64,000 bases of DNA from Ophelia neglecta (Eukaryota): the NCBI GenBank assembly GCA_965285935.1, contig OZ260661.1:96410001-96474000 (forward strand), in the 5' to 3' direction. A program made the translations under genes and the position numbers. The stretch's first letter is position 1. Each line of letters starts with the position of its first letter. A model generated the notes under the pieces. That model saw only the letters and a list, made by a program, of their open reading frames with translations. It was not told the DNA's origin and searched no databases. Positions 55,466-64,000 of the stretch are shown here, in pieces.

Positions 55466-58400
55466 ATGTCACGGAAAAGAAAGTAATTATATCAGCATTG
55501 ATCTTCTTGTAATAATCTGCCCTTTTATTTTAAATGTCGCGATATTTTTCAACGTTAAATTGTCTGATAATTGGATCTTTGAGCTGTAAATTTATGTTAT
55601 TGAAATACACAAGATCATCTGAAATGGTCTCTCAGGCCTTTCCCTCTGAGTATGTAGCTGGTTACTTGATTGATGACTTGATTCTCCTGACCACTCATCT
55701 GTCAGCGTTAAAGTCTAGCAACCATAATCTTCCAGAACCGTGATTTAAATCTGCTTATTTGATACAGTCTTCAGCAGTGCCTATTTGTGAGGAGAACTTA
55801 GTGTCATCTCCAAATTTTTAGTTGTCTGAAAACTTGGCACCACCTGGACGAATCATTCGGAAAACCACTCTGGTTCTTTCCTCTTAGGGCTTTTCCAGAA
55901 TTTATCCTCAGAGGGGGGGGGGGAGGGATGCACCAGCTGTTTTTTGTCCTTTGGGTTGGGGGGGGGGGGGGGGGGATTTGCCCTCCATGTCTGGGGGCAG
56001 GTGGTTCTCATGGATGCCACCTGTCCAGAAAAGGCTGGGTCCTGGGATAAAAAATGTACAGGGGTCTGTGACATTATTGTTTTTCAAAAGGTATATTTCT
56101 GCGCCAATCTACAAACAATGAACAAATAGGGTACTACACCCAGATTTAAAAAAAAAAGAGATAATCCTCTAAAGTGGGCCTAATTTGGAATATTACTGCA
56201 TGTATCTTATTAAGCCTGAGAATGTAGCAGTCCTTATATCAAGGCCACTATGATACAGAAAAATAGACCACACATGCCCCCCTGTTCAGGGAAGACTGGC
56301 ATCTGGTTGAATTTAATTAATTGTCTCTATTGGCATGCCTACCACAAGATATAAAAAATTTAACCAAATGAGTCATTGCACTTTGGTGTACACAGTTATC
56401 TAACCTGCCAACCAAATATATACTACAATCCCCACTGCAGACGTTTTTAAATACTTTTCTTGTTTGGTTAGAAATCAGGACCCTGTTGAAGAGCCTTTTG
56501 AAACAAAGAGAATTGCAGAAGAAGATGAGGAAGAAAAGAATGTTGTCTTAGGAATGAGATCTCTGATAGAAAATGCATCGAAGGTATTGTTAGAGGCTAG
56601 GAAACTGATCAAAGGTATGCATGTGTTGCTTTTATTTATATTCAATTCATTGAGCTCATGCATACAATTACTGGTATGAAATTTCAACATATTTTAACTA
56701 GTTGAACTATGCACACCATTACTGGTATGTAATTTCAACTTATATTATTATTTGTACATACTATTACTGTTATGCAATTTAGCATATTATTATTTAAATT
56801 GTTTCAATATCACTGAATATTTTCCAAGTAGTTTCCACTTGTTTTTGACTGTTAATTGTTCTTTATACCATATTGACTGCAGCTTACAATGTGAGGTGAG
56901 ATTCCTGGCTGAAATGTTTGCCCTGATTTGTATATTGGCTTTTTGCAATTAATTTAATCCCTACTGGTTTATAATTTCGTGCCAAAAGATATGTAGGCTG
57001 TATACAGATCTATATACAGGTGAATACAGTATTTTTGATGTTTAATTTTGTGACAGAGTGCTTTTTTGTTATGCCCCAGTCACACAGACAGTAGGGCTGA
57101 AATCGGCACCCAATTGGCCCTAATGATATTTCTTTTCCCTCTGTTTTAATTGGTTGTCATGTTGTCATAAGTGATTTCATTTCTTGCTTTTAGTGTGACC
57201 GGGTATCGGTGGTGAATAATTGTATAATCGGTAAAATCATTTGGGTGCCATGCATTATGGGCGGGTGCTTTTGATATAGCCATATAGTTGAGAGCAGGTT
57301 TTTTTTTAATAGTTTAGGGATTACTGGGGTATTACTAAATATTGATATTACTATACTTATTTTTACTGTCTTTTAGAATACTCGTATGATGAATTTGTGT
57401 CCACAAAAATTGGTTGCTTGGGGAAACTGATTGCTTTATATTCAAAATGGTTTTCTGAGTAAGTATGATTAGTGAAACTTAGTTTTGTAAAATCTAACTT
57501 TATTTCCATCCTTTTATATTTGGTAGTAATACATCACTAGTGCTGATCCATTTTCCATTAACAGCTCAAATGTGATGACTAGGAAAGACATGGAAGACTT
57601 GGTGAAGAAACATTTCCGGTTTGTAAACAGACTATGGATATCATCCTGAATACAACCGATCTTAAATATCAAAGCAAGCTGTAATATTGAATTTAAAATT
57701 GTTGTGAGCTTATGTATCAGTAAATGATATATTATTATTGAAGTCTCAGAGTTCTTTTGAAAAATTCTATACTTTTGGACTGCTTTTTACAGGAGTATGA
57801 ACATTCAAGAACACTTTGAGGAATTACTAGAATTTGAGGTATGCAACTTTGTACTTGAGTTTGAACAAAGATATTCAAACCGGATTGATATCAATGCCTA
57901 TGTAAGAGGCATATGCTGTACTAATGACGTCATCCTCTTCTAGTGTGCAGTGAATGGGGATGGAAGTGGATGACATTTTTAGCTCTGCAAATTTTATTTA
58001 ATCCATTAGGCTCATATTTGTATTTAGTATATACATCTAGTATTATTATTTACATTCTCTCCCCATATAGACTGATTACACTTCCTTTTTGATGGAGGTT
58101 GATAAGGGGCTAAGTGGAATTTTGTCCTCCGAACCTCTTGTAGTAGGAAATGAAGGACCTCTGGATTACGCTTTGCACAGTGTGAGTGAAAACAAGACTG
58201 TCACTCTCAGAGATATGCTTGATGGAAAGACATTAATCCTGGTCTTACTGCGCCACTTTGCCTGACTCCCCTGACGGGACCATATAACAGAACTCCAAGC
58301 TGTCCAGGTGAGAACATAGATGCCCTGCTCTTCAAACATAAAAAAAGGAAAAAATTGGTCTGATAGTAAAAGGACCTATTAAAGGTTGTGAGTTGTAATA

Positions 58401-59936
58401 ATCAGTCTTAATATTTTCAAATCAATACAGAGAAAGATTGAGGCAGCTGAAGGAGAGGTCATAGTTATATCATTTGGTGTGAAAGAAATGGCACTGAAAT
58501 GGTTGGAAGAAACAGAATGTAATTATAAGTTGCTGCTAGATCCTGAGAGAAAGGTTAGTTTCATACAACATCTGTTTAAAAAGAAAGACAATTTTTCTAA
58601 ATAATTTTGCTTATTATCTAGAAACACTAAACAAGAGATGATTAAATGCTACCAGTAATTGTTTACTAACAATGTGTTTTAAATGGGTAAATAATATATG
58701 TGTATTGGAATGCGAGCTCCGAATATTTACATCTACATGCATGAGTCTGTTCATGACAAGCATTTAATTAATAGGTTGATTTCATTACCATAATATGGAC
58801 CCTGTTTCCAGAACGACAGAAACACAACCCAGTCATATTAGGCATGTAGGCTGAAAACCAGTTCATGTATTATAATTATATAACTGACAATTGTAATGCA
58901 TTGGGTATGTTTTCTATCCATTACAGGTGTATTGTGCACTTGGCTTAAAAAGATCTGCCGCCAAGGTATGTGGGCCCAACACACTCATTAAAAGTGTTTG
59001 GTCAGATACCGGATATTTCCTTTGAACTAAATTCTAGAATAATTAAATCCTTTAAGTTCTTTCAGTTGTTCTGACAATTGTACAAATATTTGTTAAAGAC
59101 ATGGAGTGTGGAGAGTATAACTTATTATGGAGAACAGATAAGGGCGTCACGTCAGCTACCAAAAGTTTATGCCGGTGTTGAGGACGATCCTCATCAGGTA
59201 CATTGTTCATTTATAAATTAAAGTTTACTGTGTGTTATTTTGCCAATTTTGGAGAGAAATGAAAAATTGGAAAATTACCAGAATATGTATAAACTCTACC
59301 AACTGCAATCCTTGGATAAGGAAAAAATTTAACTGGTGCAATAGATGACCGGTGTTTAAGATACTTTGTTTCAAACAAAATGTATCTCAAGATAACACTT
59401 GGTCAGCATCATCAATAAAAAAGAGAACAGTGAAAGAGTTACATAGATATTGATACATTATTCCAAGCTTTCACATAGGTGGCAATTAGCAATACTGCTG
59501 GAATTAGAAGTACTTTGATTTGTTCAATAAGACAAATTTAGCTTCATTAATAAAACTGTACAATGTGATGTACATATTTCTCTTTTATGATACAGATGGG
59601 TGGAGATTTTATCATCAATTCATCAGGAAAGCTGGTATTTTCATACTGCAGTAAAATCCCCCAGGACAGACCAACCATCGATACCCTGCTGGATGTTTTA
59701 AAGGTGTTGTAATTAAGGAAATAAATTTGCAATTGAAATGGTAAAAAAAAACTTAAGTGCGGTGACAATGTTTCATATTATCAGCTCTGAAAATAAACAT
59801 GGAGGGAGTGACCATGATGCACACATAGTCTAAAGGAATAGGTATTATTGCTTGTCTACCATACAGTGAGTGTTTGTAATTTTGCACTATATTTGATGAT
59901 TTTTTCATGATTTATTTTTAGATGCCAAATGCCTGA
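55466..59936 (+). CDS. SELENOL: selenoprotein L (thioredoxin/AhpC-like fold, UxxU motif), ~320 aa, 11 exons
   Basis: Exons 55466-55482, 56472-56614, 57377-57458, 57565-57618, 57793-57838, 58071-58307, 58431-58553, 58927-58965, 59099-59197, 59596-59703, 59922-59936 with consistent phases. LVLLRHFA-U-LP-U-RDH with TGA at 58263 and 58272; downstream VISFG, LLLDPER, DDPHQMGGDF, DRP. First and last exons are less certain. Confidence 0.92.
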
Positions 59937-59959
59937 CCAACTGACAATATCATGTGTGC

Positions 59960-60052
59960 CTGGTAATATGGATAGCTCTACTTAATGAAAACCTTGAATA
60001 AAACCAATTGGAATTCATGGTTAGATGGCTTTGTGGATAATCCATTTGCTGG
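59960..60052 (+). promoter_or_regulatory. eukaryotic SECIS element in the SELENOL 3' UTR
   Basis: ATGA 59985-59988 and AGAT 60023-60026 form the core; helix II AACC-T-TGAAT / ATTCA-T-GGTT; unpaired AAAA 60000-60003 plus apical CCAATTGG mini-stem; helix I TCTAC/GTGGA and ATGGAT/ATCCAT. Confidence 0.92.
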
Positions 60053-60478
60053 ACTTATGCATGGTATAGAAGTTGTACAGACGGAATCTTGCTCATCTTG
60101 AAGGATTTCCAGGACTTGATGCAACTTATTTAATGATGGACTAGACAGATAATATTTTGATGAAAGTCTGATTCTTTGGATATTTCATTTAAAGAAGAGG
60201 ACATCAGTTTGTGGCTTATGTGATAGAAGCCTATGCTCAAATATATGTTGAAATTACATGCGTGGTATGTCATAAAATATGTAACTATAACTTGTAATAA
60301 TGGAATAATAAAATTCAGGTTAGATCGCATTAATTTTATAATTATTGAAAGTTTAATGCCGATGGCAGAATATATTAGAATGAGTGGACTAAGTTGGCTT
60401 TAACATATTTTTGTTAGGATTGGCCCAATAGCATGTGGCTTATCTAGTGGACTCTCCCAGAATAAGGTCATTTAGATC

Positions 60479-62073
60479 TTATTCTTTTACATTGGGTTTT
60501 TCATCTTCTGGTATTGTGGGAAGCTGATTGGATTATACTCAGTAAAAATGTTTTAATGACCCTTTGATTGTTGTCTAATTTCGTGCCAAAAGATATGTAG
60601 GCCTATGTATACAAATACGAATTGAACATAAACGAGTTTAATTTCTAGACAGAGTAATGCTTCACCAAATTTATGTGTAAAAACCTGCGCAAACATTTTT
60701 ATTGTTAAATTATAGGTATAAGTTACGTCCCCTTTTGCCGCTTGACCTGCCTGGGCTATAACATTTAGGATCATACAAAATATTTTGAATATTAAGTCTT
60801 CATCAAGAATCCCCAAGACAACTATGAATTTGACCCTTGTCCTGTTTAATACTGTGAAGTCAAATTGAGGAAATAAAGGACTTCAACACAACATGCTTGT
60901 TGAACAGTGCTACATACACATGAAAATGTTTTGTTCTCTAAAAAGTCAAATGTTTTGTGTTATACATTTATAGATCTATAGGACATTCAATTTGACCTTT
61001 ACCTATTTTTCTAGTTCAAACCTGCAATATTTGTTCATTCATCCAATCAGTTATGCATTAATCAGGGTTGCCAAGTTCTAGACGCAGCTTTGTGGGGGAT
61101 TGGCATTTTTTGAGATCCCATGTGGTCAAACATAGAAGGCTAGCCTTTAGTGGCCATGGCCAAGAAGTAATGCAACGTCCATTTAAACGGAAAACAATTG
61201 CGTTTCCAGGAAACATACCACAGGAATTACAGTTTCACCACCCTATCTAATTTTGTACCCAAAATGAGGCAAAAGATTTAATTCATACTGCTTAAAAATG
61301 TAGGATACCAGCAGCCAGATGACATCTGAAGTAAAGGCATTTTCAAAGCCCCTTTTGCGAGTTTTAATTCATTGTTGAAAGTGCACAAGGTTTTATTTCC
61401 TAATATAAGGTGATTATTTTATCCTAATATAAGGTGGTTTTTAAACAAAAGGAAGTAAATATATCAACAAAAAACTTTGTTTATTCAAGGGAAATAAGTG
61501 TGCAAAATATTCATAATTGTTGGTGGTTATATATGCTCAGCCATCAATTAATAAATTGATAAGATCCGGCCAAGGAGCTAGTAAAGTAATTCCTTGGGGA
61601 GGTGAATAATTTTAAGTGTGAACAATTATGAAATGCCATTGGGGACCAACTGTCAGTATATTATGACACTGGATTCTGGATTAAAAAAGCTCAAAATCTT
61701 GAAAAAATGTCTTTAGTCATTTATTGTATTAAACATATGCTACATTGGGGTTTAGGGTTAGCATCTTTTGTCCTAATGTTAAAGTTAATTATGACTACGG
61801 GGCCTCGGGGGGGGGGGGGGGGCTTCTCGAAATTTTAATAAATAGTCACCAAAGGGGGGTAGACTATGAAGACCATTTTAGGAGACATGCTCAGCACGGA
61901 AAATATATGATTTAAAGTAATAAAGTAGATACATATCACTGAATAAAATGAAGAAACACAGACTACCCGAGACCGACACGCACTTTTTGTTGACCCACCA
62001 GGGTATGGTTGATCGGATTTGATCCCCTGTGTTCACTTAAGTTAAAAGGGCAGAGGGAGTTAGTGTTCTGCAT
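60479..62073 (-). CDS. putative unannotated 65-aa micro-protein, 4 exons, divergent from GTF2A1
   Basis: Exons 61967-62073, 61309-61325, 60727-60755, 60479-60523 join in frame (198 nt): MQNTNSLCPFNLSEHRGSNPINHTLVGQQKVRVGLGCHLAAAQAGQAAKGDLPTIPEDEKPNVKE. Middle intron starts GTATCCT. No homology recognised; some splice sites are weak. Confidence 0.5.
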
Positions 62074-62089
62074 GTGTTGACAAGTATCA

Positions 62090-62230
62090 AAATCCACGTG
62101 CTCGTGTTGATGCCTTAGCTCTCGTATATAGTCACGTGCAACGGGAGAGGCTGTGCCTGACGTGACGTCAGTGTAGCCATTGGTATGACCCCCCGCTGCA
62201 GTGAGAAGCAGCTGGCAGACTATAAAAGCG
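62090..62230. promoter_or_regulatory. GTF2A1 core promoter, likely bidirectional
   Basis: TATAAAAG 62221-62228, ATTGG 62179-62183, TGACGTGACGTCA 62158-62170, E-boxes CACGTG at 62095 and 62133, TATATA 62125-62130; CpG-rich. Confidence 0.7.
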
Positions 62231-62322
62231 AGCGAGGAGCACAGATCGCCGGCTTTCCCGAGCCCGCCACGACACGCAAATACGGGAGTTAATCGCCTCT
62301 TAAGAGGCACCATAACATAGAG

Positions 62323-63910
62323 ATGGCAGGCCAAAATCAAGTGGTGAGTCTGCCTGCCGTAAATGAAAATTATAAGTGTTCAAAATATTAGCAGGTTCTT
62401 GTTAATTTGGTCCATACAATGCTTCATGTACAGCCTATTGCGACTGATGGAAGTGACAAGCATAAAGCTAATGTACTGGTTGTGTTGTATTTGGTGCTCC
62501 CGTTTACCAGCGTTGCGCACGAAGACCACCACTGACTGACTATACATGGATTTGGTTTTAATAGGGTAAACCCGGCCTAGGTCTGGGCCTAGTAAGATAT
62601 AGTTACTTTAACAGTTTAAGAGGTTGGGGCTTGGGGGCATTGACACTTTAAAATCGATTTAGTTTTGTAAGGCTATGCGAAGAAAGACCGTATCTAAATA
62701 TAATAGGAGATGAAAATGACAATGTGTAGCTTTAAATTTAAGCTGATGGATTGAATTTCATCATCGTCTCACCAAATAGTGAACACCTCAATTGTAAATT
62801 ATTTGCTCATTTTAATTGTATGGCATCCTTTGTATTTTGCATCTGTTTTTAACTATGGGCTAGTAACATGCTTGTAACACAAGCTGAAACACATTGTAAT
62901 AATTAATGTGGTCTAGGTACTAGCAAAGGCCATGCTTCAGGGCACAGCTTGTTTTCCTCCATGCAACTACTGAATTATGTCCGTCAAAATATGCCAGGGC
63001 ACCCATTATTTAGATTGGCGGGAATTTACTGGTTTTTCCAAAAATCTGCCTGGCCAAAAAATATGGTGTTTCAAGATAAGAAAAGCAGAACGATTTTAGT
63101 ATCAAGTGAACCATATAACACTGTATTGCAAAAGCACTGCTTTTAAGTCCAGAACGAGAGGTTGCACTAACTAAAACCTAAACCTGTTACAACTTTCTAA
63201 AGCTCTGTGAAAGTAAGAACTAGATTAGTGCTGAAGCTTCTTTGTGTTTCCACCTCACTGCGGAGGTGGATCTAACATGTGACAGGGCGCCCATTAACAG
63301 AGTGCAACAATTATACTGTATATAAAAGCTGCCAAACAGTTTATACTTGCTTTGAATGATACATAAATGATTACATAGCAAATGATAAGTAGCCCTTAAC
63401 ACACCAAGCGCATTTTAACCATTAACATGAATGAGTCCCCCCCCCCCCTCAGAGGATTCCTTCATATAAAAGCAAATGTAAAATTATCCTTTTGTGAGGC
63501 CATCCTGATATTAAGCAATACAAATTAATAATTTCCCTGTTTCTCAGGCATCTTTTAGGCATTTTACAAATTAAACAGCATTGGGATTTATTTTCAAAAC
63601 CTGTCTCAGAACAATGGTCCAGTCTATTCTTTACTGTATATTTCTCCAGCACACTTATTTGTTACCCCAACAAAGTCCGGTTGTGATACATTAAAGTTAT
63701 CTATATGCTGCCGGCTCTTACAGTAGGCAGCAGGAGGGCATGCTCTTCTAAATGCCTTGAAAAAATGTCCCATTTATTGCTAATCAGAATTTTAATCATT
63801 ATTTACAGCCAAAAATATACAATGGTGTTGTAGAAGATGTCATAAATAATGTGAGAGAATCATTCCTGGATGAAGGTGTGGATGAACAAGTATTACAGGA
63901 ACTTAAACAG
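62323..63910 (+). CDS. GTF2A1: TFIIA large subunit (alpha/beta precursor), first two coding exons; gene continues beyond the window
   Basis: Exons 62323-62343 (MAGQNQV) and 63809-63910 (PKIYNGVVEDVINNVRESFLDEGVDEQVLQELKQ) match the conserved TFIIA alpha N-terminus. Confidence 0.93.
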
Positions 63911-64000
63911 GTAAGACTGAAAACTACTATATCCAATTTGTTGCTCTTCAGCATGCTCTGCATTGCATTGCATTGTGCTCTGCATTGCAACTTTCTGAAT

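Noticed and set aside
58263-58274. Reading the two TGAs as pseudogene nonsense mutations
   Set aside because: They occupy exactly the CxxC-equivalent positions, all other exons are intact, and a canonical SECIS is present.
60130-60175. Second ATGA...GAT candidate SECIS downstream of SelL
   Set aside because: Helix II does not pair in register with the GA quartet.
61963-62340. 125-aa minus-strand ORF as a single-exon gene
   Set aside because: TTG start and it crosses the GTF2A1 promoter and ATG; only its 3' part (from ATG 62073) is kept as exon 1 of the micro-gene model.

Overview
AT-rich, intron-rich genomic DNA from an invertebrate animal, probably marine (selenoprotein L and Helentron-type repeats are present). 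The ORF track misses most real genes, so I assembled exon chains by hand and checked reading phase. Host genes in order: possible first exon of an unidentified gene (-, runs off the left edge); TspanC8 tetraspanin (-, one GC-AG intron); CHP1 (+); ARV1 (-); SEC23 (-); selenoprotein L (+, two in-frame UGA codons in a UxxU motif and a clear 3' UTR SECIS); a putative unannotated 65-aa four-exon micro-gene (-, probable U12 intron); and the start of GTF2A1 (+). Mobile DNA: a 2.7-kb Helentron-type non-autonomous element with ~450-bp tandem units; a 4.9-kb 5'-truncated APE-RT LINE inside a foldback MITE in the last ARV1 intron; a very young 9-kb Ty3/Gypsy element (885-bp LTRs identical by eye, TTTA TSD, tRNA-Asn PBS, predicted -1 frameshift pseudoknot, apparent introns inside the LTR); several MITEs and LINE fragments. 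No database searches or folding programs were run; coordinates were counted by hand.
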